Source: Felis catus (taxonomy: Eukaryota). Taken from it: 64,000 nt of DNA. Under the pieces are notes generated by a model. The model was not told where the DNA came from. It was given only the letters and a program-made list of their open reading frames with translations, and did not search any database. Of the stretch, positions 12,561 to 26,100 are shown piece after piece (position 1 is the first letter of the stretch; every line of letters starts with the position of its first letter). Made by a program: the position numbers and the translations under genes. The stretch is taken from contig NC_058368.1 in NCBI RefSeq assembly GCF_018350175.1, positions 130,884,001 through 130,948,000 of the forward strand, written 5' to 3'.

Positions 12561-12687
12561 ACTCAAAATGTGTTTGTGGAATGGCAGCTTCCACACACCC
12601 ATGGGAGCTTGTTACAAAGGTAGAACTTCAGGTCCCACCCCAGATCTACTGGTTCAAGATCTTAATTTGTACAAAATCCCCATGGGA

Positions 12688-12727
12688 TATATAGATAGAT
12701 AAATAGATAGATAGATGTGTGTGTATG

Positions 12728-12765
<38 letters not shown>

Positions 12766-12812
12766 CATATATACATACATATACACACACACACACACAT
12801 ATACACATACAC
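12688..12812. repeat. Compound (GATA)/(TA)/(CA) microsatellite
   Basis: Direct inspection. Confidence 0.95.
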
Positions 12813-12834
12813 ATTAAGGCTCATGAAGCACACA

Positions 12835-14020
12835 TCTAAATCCCCATGGCATCCTGCCTCTCCATATATTAACTTATTAAAACTACACAACAAAAGAATG
12901 AAGGAAAATCTCAGTTTGCCCACAAGATAGGAGAAAAATGAGGCAGAGCAAATGGTCCAATCCTCGTGACCAGTAAGTGCCACAGTAGTGTATCAAACTC
13001 TTGGTGAGCCACTATCCTGAAACAACTTTCAACTTGTTGCTTTGAAACAGAAAACAGACTGAAAACTGTGCTTGTTCTTCTGCTCGCTTTGCTTTGGAAC
13101 CATGGCCAGCTCCAGAAGGCAGGTCCTTGGTTAAGTGCCTCAAGATATGTGAATGACTGTCACCCACACCTCACTAGAAAAAGGTCCTAATAACACAAGG
13201 GATGCTCAACACGAATGCAATTAATCACCTTCAGTTTCAAGTTTCTATACCAGATAGTATCACATGGAGAGGGGGAGAAAAATGCTGCCTGTCCATTCTA
13301 CTTGCTCTGAGTTTGAAAAAGAGAGAAACAAAGAAGATTCACTTGAAAGCAAAAGACCATTCAGAATCTGATGCTGAGAATAGTCAGATGGCCCTTACCA
13401 AATCCATCTCTCACAAGCAATTTCTTAAGTGCTTCTAAAATGAAAAGAGAAAGCTGAGCTAAGTGGGGAGAGCATGGTGTCAGAGTTCTTAAACCATTTA
13501 GGCCTTCCAGAACAAAAAGTTAAAATGGTAGAGTTCACGAGCTGAGTCCATGTTCAACATGTTTGTCTTCTTTCCAAAGATCGTTTTTCACAAAAGGAAC
13601 AGGTTAGCACATTTTGCACAGTACTTTATGCCCATTATTCAATTTAATCCTTCAGACACGATCTTGAGGCTTTCTCATCACCAAACGTAGCCAGTACAGG
13701 GAGAAGCCAGAGGTGGAGCCCACACTCTTAACCTCCATGATAGATTCCAGCTGTGACTTTGCTACCTTCTTATCTCTGTTAAAAAGGTGCGTCAGACTAC
13801 CTTCATTTAACTGGATTTTTGCTTAATTGTTGTAGAACAAACAAGCTGGTCCCAACGTGGAGACAAATTTCTTCTCATTTATTAGCTATTTTGCCCACAT
13901 AAGTCATAGGTACTTTGTTCAGTCTCTCAGTCAACTTTTGAATTTTAATAATTGTTGCAGTCATAGCTTCACCTAGAGCTAAAAATTACACCTAAAATAA
14001 ACATTGACCATAGATTAGTT
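12835..14020 (+). pseudogene. Filovirus-like L capping (PRNTase)/connector region (unit 1)
   Basis: W....PYI vs WTIGDGIPYI; RYVNDCHPH vs RYNDQYSPH; LNTNAI vs VSTNTL; ALSLKKRET vs ALFDIKFRNT; RTNKL vs RTKKL; DKFL..PHKS*VL vs DNFL..PHRSLRIL. Confidence 0.62.
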
Positions 14021-16129
14021 CCTTTTTTCTCTTTTAACATAAGTAGTAATTTCTAACTTAAGAAACAACAATGTGCTATAGATTGTGCTATGGAGGCCTA
14101 GGGCCTCTCCTTCACTGAAAATGCACTGTATTTCTCAGAAGCTCATACTGTAGGTACCCATGCTATCATTTAAAACACTATATTGTGTGCTTCAAATGTA
14201 CTAAAACAGTAGATGAAGTAATTTTCATCACAAAAAAGCATTTTAACTATGTGAAGTAATGAATGTTAACTTACACTGGTAAGCATTTTATGATATTTAT
14301 CTAACTTAATCATGTTATGTATCTTAAATGAAGACACTATTACCTGTCAGTTGTATCTCAATAAAGTTGGAAAAAAGGATGCTTTTTATAAAGTCATTTA
14401 TCACGCGTAAGCAGCCGACCAAGGTAGCCCTTGGTCAAAATGTCATTTAGTTCATTTTTTGAATAACGATGAAAACGTATGAAGGAAAGAGGGAAGAAAT
14501 GACAATTATAAAGATTTTAGTAGTGTACTAAAGTAATCTAAGGACATATTTGGAAAAAAAATGAAACAGAAGTGTTGATACCACAGTGAAAGTTATCTTT
14601 CATACCCTGGCTCCCCCAGCCCAGACCCATCTTTCTTCGGTTTGGTTTTTGTTTCAGTAAAAACTTAAACCAATTCCAGTTAGTTAACATACAGTGTAAT
14701 ACGAGTTTCAGATGGACAATATAGTGACGTAATATTTCAGTACACCATCACCCAGTGCTCATCACATGTGTACTCCTTAATGTGCATCACCTATTTCCCC
14801 TATCCCCTCACTCACCTCCCCTTGGAGAGAACCATCAGTTTGTTCTCTCCAGTTAGGAGTCCAGCTCCACTTTTAAGAGGCAACCACTCAATTAAAACTT
14901 CAAATAATTCCAACGGAAAACATAACAGACAACCACTTACCGCCAACATCTTTGGTTTTACCAAGTATTAACATGTTGCTGTAACTTAAAAACCCTTCTC
15001 TAACAAACATGATTAGAGATTTCTCTTTGAGCCTTCAGGTGAAAATACAAGTAGAATTAGTGGAATAGCTGGGTTGTATTTTTTTTTTACATTTATACAT
15101 ATTTAACTCCACATGACATCACAAAATAATTGTGTAAAACTAAACTCCTATCCAAAATCTTGACAACCTTAGTCAATTATCTGTCCTGGCACTAATACTA
15201 TACTACAGGAATTAATAGGCTTAAGGGATATCTTGGTATCTATTAATATCCTGCCCACCTCTCACTTTATTCTTTTTTTTTTAATGTTTGTTCATTTTTT
15301 AAAAAGAGAGCACAAGCAGGGGAGGGGTAGAGAGAGAAGGAGGCACAGAATCCTAAGCAGGCTCAAGGCTCTGACTGGTCAGCACAGAGCCTGACTGGGC
15401 GCTCGAACCCACAAACCATGAGATCGTGACCTAAGCAGAAGTCGAACACTTAACCGACTGAGCCACCCAGGCACTCCTCACTTTATTCTTTCTAGGTGTC
15501 TGTGCTACTTTGGCATTTCACTAATCCAAACTCATTTTTTAAATTACTTTGTTAAGATATACCTGTGAAAACAACAATAACAACACCTACTGTGCCTTTG
15601 ACAAGAAGTGCATAACCTTTATACATGAATAAGCAAGGTCTCCCAATTTATTTAGATTGTCTAAGGTTCATCAGTTGACTAAGTCTTATGCACCTTCTGT
15701 TCAATTTATGGCTCGTTACCTGTATTTGATAAGGATCTTATTTGTGGAAAACAAAATCCACTCTAGACTGTTCTATCAGAAAAAAATTTCTACAAAAGTA
15801 CTAGGTAGCTTGTAGAATTTGCAGGAGGGCCAGAGAACCAAGCTCCCATACAGGACAAGTTCTGTCACTGCTGGAGCCACTCTTCACAAAGGAGCTGTAA
15901 CACTAGGGGCTGACCACAGAGCCTGATTTGTAGCAAACTGCCAAAGAACAGGATGTCACTAGCCTCACAATACCAACCGACCTTGAGGACATGGCCTCCT
16001 GCACTCATCACTCCAGCTCTGTCACTCCAAAGTCTGTTTCCTTGAACCAGGACCAATGAGGTAACATCACAGTAAGAGAGACTGGAACAGGGACTTGGAG
16101 CCTCCATAGATAATTGTCACTGGAACACA

Positions 16130-17650
16130 CCAGTACAAATGATTTTCAACATTGACCTTTCCTCCACAAACCTACTGAATGCTTTTATCAGTGCTAATTG
16201 TAGCAAGTCTTAGACTTTCCCACTAAACAATCTTATGAAGCAAATCAGAGTCATTTTTCCTCCCTTTTTAGTGTCTATATGTATTTTAATTCCAGCCTCA
16301 ATTTTAACAACACTTGTCAATATTGCTAGTATAGCTAATTGTGTTTGGCTGCGGAATTTAAATAGAATCCGTCTGTCTTTATTACACATAAGATTGTCAG
16401 ATTGTCTACTCTCTGCTAAGTTTTAACTAGGAAGGACTGTTAAAATTCATGAGATGCTTTTAATGCAACAATTTAGATAATCACATAGTTTTTCTTAGGG
16501 TGAACATTTATTCCATCATCCAAACCAAGACAGTTTTGACTGTTAAAGAAGGCACTATTGGTAATTCTGTTGGAGTAATGTGAATAAACCATCATTTTCC
16601 TTGGCAAGGTGGGACTAAAGTCCACCATAGTTCCCCCCCCCTTAATGTAGAAAATTACATGAAAAGATTATTATCATAGCATCCTTGGACTAAAATCTAT
16701 ACAGCACAGCATTTTATTAAATTGTTTTAGTTCATTAATTCTGACTAGGATATTTGCATCTAAGTTTATAAGTGAGGAATACATCATTTTTTCTCCTCTT
16801 ATCCTAAACTGGTATTGGCCTCCCAAGTACAGAAGCCATACTAATTGAATTGGGCCAGTTTCATTATTTTTCTGTTTCTATCACATATCCTATGGATTGA
16901 TTTACTTAAAGGTTGCAAAAACTTCTTGTACAAATGGACTTGTTATTTTGTAGGTTTGTATGTGTGTTCAATATTTATTTTTATGCTTAAGCTTTCAAAT
17001 TAAGTCTGTTCAAGTTTTCTGTTCATTGAGATTTTGCTTTTCCATGATAACCATTTCTTTTTTTTATGTTTTTATGTTTGTTTGTTGAGAGACAGAGACA
17101 GAGACAGAGACAGAGAGAGAGCGCACAAGTGGGAAAAAGTCAGAGAATCCCAAGCAGGTTCCACACTGTCAGTGCAGAGCCTGATGCAGTACCGGAACCC
17201 ATGAACTGTGAGATCATGACCGGAGCCACCCAGACACCCCCATGATAACCATTTTTAATTGTTTTTGGTCCTGTCAGTGATTGATGGATCTCACATCCAT
17301 CACCCACAATCCTGCCACCACCAGTACCATTCTCTTGCCATGCAGCCTGAGATTTTGTTAGTAGCTTAGAAAAGATTCGCCTTATTTTTTAGGTCTCTGA
17401 AGTCTGATTTATGAATGTGGATTCACAGACTATTGCCCAGAGTCAACAACGATCCCAGAAAAATGCTAGCTATGGACTATCAGGGCACTTCTTAGCTCTT
17501 CTGTTCTAGAATTTTGGTGTCTCTAGTTATTACTTCATTACCTCTCAGATGCCTTCAAATAGGTGAAATTTTCATTGTATTGGGTTGTTCCGGTTGCTCA
17601 TGGAAGCAACGATCTGCCACCTGTTAATCTACCCTTCCCAGAAGGGGGAC
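16130..17650 (-). mobile_element. Old LINE-1 fragments
   Basis: Antisense L1M-like T-rich sequence (actaggatatttgcatctaagtttataagtgag). Confidence 0.55.
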
Positions 17651-17729
17651 ATCCTCATCTCTGTTCCTTGAGGGTTCTTTCTTTCAGGTTCAGTTTTTAG
17701 TTTTCATTTTCCTTCTTATTTCAAGATTT

Positions 17730-19920
17730 CATCTAATAGCGAGCGATGACTATTTTTCTCCATCTCCACTGGACAATTTGTAATAGCACTGTATATGTCA
17801 TCAGTTGGTAAACTCACTTTTCAGAGCAGCAGGTCTGTGCTGACACTTCAGGGTCTCCAATCACATATTGCAGAATATAAAGCGCTATACTTGGGGGCAC
17901 CATCACTCAAAGTAATGAATTTTTTTTAATGGTGTATTTGTTCTACTGCCTAACAGAAGAAGTCTTCTTTCCCTTCTCCCCCACCCAAGCTCACGAACGG
18001 CTCTTCTGGATACACCATAGAAAGGCAAAGAGGTAAGAATATGTTCTTATCTCTACTTCTCTCTTGTCTGTAAATCAGCTGTCTTCCCTAGAGCTTACCC
18101 CACATTGCTCGGTCAGTCTTCACTGGTCCTTCTACCTTTCCACCATACAGATGTTTGTTAGAACTAGCTCATTAACAAATGGTTCCCATCCACTATTTTT
18201 GTTGCAGATTTATAACCTTCTTCATCTTTTTCTGAAAACTTCTCAGTGAAAAATACATTTCACCAAAAATTGAAGGGGAGATATACACAGATAATAAAAT
18301 GGTATGGTATGAAACAGAAAGTGTATATACATGTGCCTGTCCCAGTGCCTGGTACACAATAAGTGTCATTTATTTGTACCCTTATTCTTATCTACTGCTT
18401 TGCAGTAGGACTGAATGGGGTGGTACCACAACCAAATTTAATGTCATCTTAGGATAAAGGGAAGTTCCCTATGTTGCCTGTCTTGAGACATACAGAAACT
18501 CAAAACTGTGTTTTCTAACATGGAAGAAAAACACAAGAGTGGACCTATAGTTGCACCAGTAATATGCATCTTCTAAATGGGCTCTTCCCAGGATCCTTTA
18601 GCCTTCTTGTTATCACTCATGAGTGAACAAGGGCAACTTCTACTCTAAGAGAAGTTTCTTCTGAAGGTAATTAGAATTGTTATTAACACCACAGGTTCTG
18701 GATCTAGACTATATGTGAATCTTCGCCCCATCTCTTTAATAGGCTTTATCTTGGATGAAATATCTCAAGTTCTTATGTCTCAGTTGCTACATCTGGAAAA
18801 TTAGGTCATTAGATGACCTACATGAGACAACCCATGTATTACCTTAGAACATTGCTGAGCTAAGAGTAAGTGTTCAATTTATGTTTGCTATAGTTATTAA
18901 TGATATTCTCTGAGTAATTACAGGATTAGAGCAACACAGTATTCTACTCACCGGTCTTCTGAGTATTGAGTGGTTACAACACGGTATCATAACACCACTG
19001 TAAAAACATTCTATCTTAATGGCCCCCAAACTAGTAATAATACTTTTTAAATATCTATAAATAGAGCTACCCAAGGATACCAACATCATCTTAACTGCGC
19101 TGTGATATCCTGACAGTGCAGCTTCAGAGAACAATCCTCTAGTCAGTGGTTCTCTACCTCTGGCTACATAATAAAATATTCTAGATACCTTTCGAAATAC
19201 CTTCTCTCTCATTCATTGATTTGAGAACAGGGTAAGTGTATGCCAAATACCTACAGTAGTAGGTACTGATCTACCTGTCATATCTAACGAATAATGTTAA
19301 TACAGAATTTCTTTTGATCTCCAATATCGGACAACATACAGGGGATGTTTGCTATTATCATTGTTATTAATAGTCTCAGTAATTATAGGATTGGAGTAAT
19401 CTATATTTTAGTGTTTAGCACTAATACAGTTACTGATCGTTTTATGTAAGGTCATTTTCTGAAAATAAAGTTACCGAACAGAAAGTCACACATGTTCTCA
19501 TTAGTCAAAGTACTTTCCAAATTTTTAATCCTTATGTTTGTCACAAATATATTAAGGGATCCATATCCATAATATATTTAATAATACCGGTTATCTTTTT
19601 AAATGACATATTTGGGTATTATCTTCATAAAAGATTTTGGCTAACAGACCATCTACCATCTTAACACCAGATTCCTACTTCACATGGGAGCTATGTCCTT
19701 TACAAGCAGCATCCGAAAGTGGCTCTGAATGATCTCAAAGATTACTGTAGCTATGGCTTTTTAAAAGTGTTGGTATAATTGAATATAAAATGGTCTGGAA
19801 TTTAAGACCTTCGTTCATGTTCATCTATCCTCACCCACTTCTGCCCCTTTTACCTAAGTGAAATCCACCAGGACTTCAGGGTGGCTTTCAAAGAACAGTT
19901 TGTAGTGATCGCTTATGTGT
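17730..19920 (+). pseudogene. Filovirus-like L, N-terminal and RdRp part (unit 2), interrupted by L2/MIR
   Basis: LQSHIAE vs LISKIAE; LELTP vs LEMTP; ETQNCVF*H..YSCTSNMHLLNGL vs ETYCVFKY..YSVTSDRNLTPGL; FYLNGP and *ISINRAT vs FYHLDHP and SIFIKDRAT; G*QTI (~19640) at motif C; SKITVA/GFLK vs AKVTSACGIFLK; KTFVH/FIY (19804-19828) vs ETFVHSGFIY. Confidence 0.78.
18690..18895 (+). mobile_element. MIR SINE inside unit 2 L
   Basis: ggttctggatctagact..gtctcagttgctacatctggaaaattagg..ttagaacattgctgagc..taagtgttcaat. Confidence 0.75.
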
Positions 19921-20019
19921 AGAGGTTATGTAAGGAAGATAGCAGAGAAAGGGAAAGGGCCTAAGAGAACAGTAAAATGCCCAGAAGATCCAAACACCTG
20001 TAGACAACATTATCCCATC

Positions 20020-20615
20020 TGATCAGTGTCATGAATAGAGGTAGACCTAGGATACAGCAGAAGCCTATGAGACAGTCACCCCCAACTCAACTTTGGCAGA
20101 ACTGGGACAAAGGACAAGGACTGAAGTTTCTGTGTACAGCTACAGATAGATGGTGAGTGGAAACGACATGTGATCTATATAATCAAAGATGAGTTAAAGG
20201 GCTCACCATGTAAAGAACTGGATAGGCATGTTCCCGACTTTTCTTGTTCAAAATGACTTAAGTGTCTGACAGTCACGTGTGTCCAGAAAACTATTACCGG
20301 TTCATCAGGATTAAAGCACAGTGGAGGAGGATATGGACCAAGATCAAACTGGAGGTCACAAAGATCTCTACTGTTTGCCCAGTAGCAGGAAGGAAAGGGG
20401 AAGCCATTTCATCATAGAAATGATGTCATAGGATTGATGGTTTAGCTAAGTCATCCATAGCGACACAGGAAATGGGTTGGAAGAAATTCAAGTGAGGGAG
20501 AGTCTTGCAGTAATTTTAGTTAAAAATGACATGACCCAAAGAAACAAACAGTAACAGAGGTGTCAGGAAGGCAACCAGACTTGAAAGGTTTTGACCTCAT
20601 GCGAGTCATGGATTG
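20020..20615 (-). mobile_element. L2 LINE fragment inside unit 2 L
   Basis: Degraded purine-rich L2-like sequence (cttgcagtaattttagttaaaaatga..catggattga). Confidence 0.5.
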
Positions 20616-21660
20616 ACCCAAGGTCCCTACACATAGGTTTCCCATTAACCCATGCATTTTCTAGCATTTGGCATTTTCTTCATTTTTATACAGTTCATAC
20701 AACATCTTCCTATATATGTTCCTAAAATATGTACATGGAAAATTTTACTCTTTGCCTCCACAAATGCACAGTACTCTGAAATTAGCAACTTTGTCTTTTT
20801 TATTTGGCACTATCCTTGGTGCCTAGTAGTGATCCTATAACAAAGGAGATGTCGTTGAAAAGAAAACTACAGGCCCAAAGTGCCATCCCTTAGGTTTAGG
20901 GTCCAAACAGTAAACCAAGACCTAATACTTAACCAAAATGCATTTTCAACCCACCAGGAATGTAACCTTTAACCAGTCAACCTGGAATTTCCTGGCGAAT
21001 ACTAAGAAGTTTCCTAGTAAACCATTTCTGTTTCCTTTAGGAGTGCAACCTTGGATAAACAAAGTACTTCTTGCAATAAACTCCATTCTTTTTTAATGCC
21101 TTCTACCTTTAAAAACTCTTTTTTTTCTTCCAAGTAGTTCCTCTCTACTTGGTAAGTAGAATCCTGCTGATGCATGATTTAATCAAGTCAATTAGACCTT
21201 CAAATTTATTCCATTTAGTTTTTTTTTTAACAACATCTAAAAAATACCTTACTGTTGATCATGAAATGGAAAACACAGAGTAACTATTTTGGCTGGGAAA
21301 TTGTATGGTGAGGGTCACTTTCACCAAGATACACAACACTGAAGGACAAAACAGTTTGTGGTTGACCTCAAGTAGGGTCAGTTCAATCTGGGGAATTATG
21401 ACTTTGACACAGCTGAAAATCATCTAAGAAAAACCATCGAGCCAAAGTTTTGCTAATTTCCCAGCTGTGTTGTCGAACTATCACCCCATAAAGTTCCAGT
21501 GGCGCACAACAATAAACATTCAGTTGTCAGACATATTACAAGATGGGCTAAAGCTCTTCTCCAGAACACCGGCAGAACAAATGATCCCTTCTGAGACGTG
21601 CTACTTTTGCGGTACAAAGCACCAGCACGAGCAGCCAACCCAAATCACACTAATAATTTT
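20615..21660 (+). pseudogene. Filovirus-like L, post-RdRp part (unit 2), split by an ERV LTR
   Basis: HRFP..AFGIFF vs HIFP..AFHTFF; DPITKEM[LTR]HLK vs DPVTSGLFQLK; LRKTI vs VRRTI; TRWAK/LFSRTP (21557-21571)..YFCGTK vs SRFAADIFSRTP..YLEGTR. Confidence 0.72.
20853..21233 (+). mobile_element. Solo ERV LTR inside unit 2 L
   Basis: LTR-like sequence ending ..ttttttaaca; L homology is continuous across it. Confidence 0.65.
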
Positions 21661-22334
21661 AAAGTTTCCACTCAGACATGGCATGTATCACACCTACTCA
21701 CATTCCTTTGGCCAAAGTCAGTGGGACAGGGATGAAGACCTTATTTAGGGGAGAAGAGTAATGCAGCCTACTGCACTTAGACTGGATGAAGAACAGTACA
21801 GCCTTGAGAGTGAGCAACACCTAAGCGGTAGATAAAGCTACCCACTGGTATGACGTCACACAGGAGTGTGTACAGAGAAAGGGAGGACCTGGGACTAACC
21901 AAAGATGAAACAGAGAAGGAGGAGACCCAGACTACATCGAGCCAAAAATGATTCAGGATGGTAACGGAGATGCTCAAGCCTTTGAACTGAGGTAGGTCTT
22001 ACCTGTTCTAAAGTTGAACCCAGTTGAGTCCGTCCTGAATGCTCATCAGTCATCACCCTGGCAAAAACAGGAGGCCCAGGGAGAGATGCCAATGTCTGGA
22101 GATAGAAAAGCAGGTGTTAGAATCTTCCTGGGCTCACACCTCCTCCTCCAGGCCCCCCATGTGGCTCATTCATTTCCCCAGCATCCTTCTGTTCTGTGGA
22201 CATCCCTTTGAGAGATCAGAGGTCAGAAGGTGATGTGGGCCCTGAACTTCTCTTCCCACTGCCTTTCCCACTCTGACAATGTTTTTCATTACTATTCATT
22301 CTAACTTCTGCCCTAGTTGGAGGAGGGTCTCAGG

Positions 22335-22525
22335 AAGACATCAGCAAACTTTTTCCTGTCAAGAGCTAAATAGTACACGCTTTAGGCTTTAGAGGCCGTG
22401 CCATCTCTTTCATAGCCACTGGATTCTGCCTCTGAAGTACCAAAGCAGCCAAAAGCACTATGTAAACAAACCAAACACCTGTCCAGATTTGGCCTGCGGA
22501 CCATGAATTGCCAACTCATGCTCTC
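22335..22525. mobile_element. MER58-type hAT DNA transposon
   Basis: tcagcaaactttttcctgtcaagagctaaatagt..ccagatttggcctgcggacca. Confidence 0.8.
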
Positions 22526-23189
22526 AAGGAAGGATTCACTTCTGAACATCTCTGGCTGCTTTGTGGTATTCTGACTAGACATACTATTTCTACAAAATAA
22601 AGGGACAGAAGATAAGCAAATCATAGGATGATCTCCAGTAAATACCACCACATACATACTTACAGAGTTGTTATACTCTAGGTCACAGGCTCTTTAAAAA
22701 AAACTATTTTTAAATGTATCCTCATCACAATTAATAGGGTAAAGTTAGTTTCAGTGTCTACTTTGAAACACATGGAAATGAAAAATATTTATTCACCCAG
22801 GTCAGGAAAAAATGCATTTGAAAACAAACCCATCATGTCAATCAGACCTCTTTTCCATTCCAAAGCAAATGAACTTAAAACAGCATGAAAATAATTGTAC
22901 TCCTAAGTCCTAGATTTAATTATTCTTTCTTATTTTGAGTGAAACAACATTAAACTATAACCATGTTTTTCCACCAGACACTAGAATCTTAAACATGAAG
23001 GTGCTTTTTTTGGGAGAAAAAAATGCACGTATCCTTTTAAATTTCAGTTTAACACCAGAAATATAAAAACTTCCAGAGAACACAGCAAGTTGCCCAGAAC
23101 TTGATTGCTTTGGGGGGAAAAAAAAATCTACATCCATGCCATAGAATCCTTCAAGAAAAAATTCATTGCATTCATTCCTACAAAAAGCA

Positions 23190-26100
23190 ACTTATATTTA
23201 ACTACCATGTTAATTACCCAATTATAAAAACTCAGAAAAACTTAACATAAGTCTTCTCACTAATTGGTAAGCACTCATCAGTTAGTACAAATCGTAACAG
23301 GAGTAAATTTTCTCCAAACAGTAAATACCAAGTTTGGTTGTGTATTTTATTCTGGTTATTTATTCCTTCTTCCCTAATTGATTTTGAAAATGGTTTTCCA
23401 TATGTAGTTTTATCTACAACCACAAAAGGCAGAACACAATTTGGGCAAGGAAATTCTGTACCCATCAGATCAAGAGTTGACACTGGTTACAAACAAGGAC
23501 AGTTTAAATACAATGTGGACACTCATGCCACAGAAATAATACCAACAATTATACTTATATTATCACATGTAATCTTTTCTTCTGTCTAGAAATTAAATGA
23601 CAAATACAAGAGGTTAGGAGCACCTGGATGGCTCAGCTGAACATATGACTCTGGATTTCAGCTCGGGTCACGATCTCACGGTTCATGAGTTCAACGGCGT
23701 CAGGTTATGTGCTGAGCACACAGCCTGCTTGGGAATCTCTCTCTGTCACTACCCTTCTTGCACTCTTGTTCTCTCTCTCAAAAGCAGATAAATAAAAATT
23801 AAAAAAATAAATAAAAAGATTCTGTCTCCCTCTGTCCCTCTGCCCCACTTACTGTAAGTTAAAAAAAATCAAAGAAAATTTAAATAAAATTTAACATTTG
23901 AGAGGTTAAGTAATTTCCCAAGAGCAATCACCTAGAATGTACAGCCTTTTAAGCATTTCAACTACTTCCGAAAATGACCAAGTGAACATCACTCCTGACT
24001 ATTCAGCTGATTCTAAGACTTCCAGACTTTCTCTCTACCCCACTCATTCATGAGGCCTATAAAATACTACACTGACCGTTTTAATATCTCCTAAGAAATA
24101 AACTTGGTCAGGAAATGAGACTATATTCAGAGTTTTTGACCCTTGTAAACCTGTGGGCAAACAATGGATTCCAAATTGGAATTGCTGCAGCCTCTGGTAG
24201 GTCTTCCCCCTAAAGACAAGCCATAAAAAGTCTTAAAAAGAAAATCAGAAGGCAGGGGCACGTGGGTTTCAGCTCAGATCATGAACTCGCAGTGACTTTG
24301 AGCCCTGCATCGGGCTCTGTGCTGGCGGAGCCTAACTTGGAATTCTCTCTGTCCCTCTCTCTCTGCCCCTCCTCTGCTTGCTCTCTCTCTCAAAATAAAC
24401 TCAACATTTTTTGAAAGAAAACCAGAAAGCAAAGGCGAGTTTAATCATCACCTTTGTATCACTTTGAAATGTCCTTTATAGGTATTAAAGTTTTCTTGGT
24501 ACCATGTAGGTATCCCCTACCCAAGGGCATTAAAACAGAGTCTCCTGACATTGTATTTAATATCTCTTTTCTGAGACAGAAGCTTTGTCTTTTGTAATTT
24601 GTGGCACTGTCAGTTTTTAAAACAGTGGTTCTCAAGTAAAAGGCACTCAATAAACATCTGCAGAGTGAATAAACTCAATGCCTGTTTGTCCGCATTCACC
24701 ACCAGTTATTTTTCTATCATGTGGTTCCCATTCTTCATTTACTTTTGGTTTTTAATTTCCATTTGGTTCACTATGTCTTTAAGAGTGTTGGCTTCATAAC
24801 GTTTTCCAAGGACGGAAATATTAGGTAAAGCCACTTAGTAGGGATAGAGATGGGTGCTGGTAAGGGTATTTGGGGACTTAAAAACACGATTGCACTGCAA
24901 GGGTGTTATTGATTTTTGCTTTCATTTTAGGTGACTGATCGCTGATTGCCTTTCTAGGTAAGTTTTTTCCCTCTTGCATAAACACAAATTTTTTATTTGG
25001 ATAAAAATTACATACTTTATTATGTATTATGTATTTATTTTATTATTATAGTAGATAATAAACAAGATATTATATAATAAACGAAGTTATATCTTATATT
25101 GTATGTTGTATATTATAGAATATACTTTTTCTTGAGGCTCAAAACTTAGACTATACTTGGTTTCTGCTATTTTGGGTTCTTTCAGGAATAGAAGTTAGAA
25201 GTAAATTGAGTCGTATTCTCACCCACTCATCCTTTTCCCTTAAATGACCTTTCCTTCTAGGATATCATGGAGGTTTTCCTTCAGATTTAAAAATCGGATT
25301 TTCATGGGGTGCCTGGGTGGCTCAGTCAGTTGAGCGTCTGACTTCGGCCCCGGTCAGGATCTCGCAGTTCGTGAGTTCAAGCCCCGCGTCAGGCTCTGTG
25401 CTAACAGCTCAGAGCCTGGAGCCTGTTTCAGATTCTGTGTCTCCCTCTCTCTGCCCCTTCCCTGCTCATGCTCTGTCTCTCATAAATGAATAAACATTAA
25501 AAAATTTTTAAATAAAATAAAAATCGGATTTTCTTCATTTCTACCTATCAGTCATCTCATTTTGCATTTCATCCTGATGGTATGTTCCTCTTGGTCCATA
25601 CTTTCAGTTTTCTGCTGTCTATCTTAATACCATGGCTTCTTCTTTGCAGCTACAACTGCCCAATTTCCCTGATTTTTAGCACAGCGTTCATTCCTTGGGC
25701 CTGCAAAATGTGGTTCCCTTTCTCTCACATGAAGTAGTTTTGAAGTAATCCTCCTTTGTTTTTTATTTGTTCTATAGTATATTTATATTATCTTTGCTAT
25801 TGCTCTCAGCCTACTTTCTACCTATGGAATCCCCCTTTTTCATCACTAGACAGATTAGTATTTTGAAATCCTAGCACAATTTCCTGTCTCCAGAGGCTTC
25901 ACCCATGTCATCTCTGTTCCCTGACAGGAGTACCTCCTTGCTAACATACTAGCTTTTTTGCTGATATAGTGATCTCCATGATGCTTTATAATTTATATAC
26001 ACCATTACGACTACAAGGACCTCCCAAAATGTACTTCATCACCATTAGTCTCTTTATGTTACCTACTTACTGCCCCCCGCTTTCTTTTCCAGAGACTAAA

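Larger units (their letters stand above)
15273..24420. mobile_element. Dispersed Can-SINEs at ~15273-15477 (-), 17058-17240 (-), 23617-23890 (+), 24255-24420 (+)
   Basis: Can-SINE consensus motifs. The span is a container for separate elements. Confidence 0.88.

Noticed and set aside
15030..15230. Possible MTase region of unit 1 L (SRISGIA vs CRFTGIV)
   Set aside because: Plausible by position but too weak to list as a feature.
20581..20600. KGFDL match to L
   Set aside because: Out of colinear position and within an L2-like fragment.
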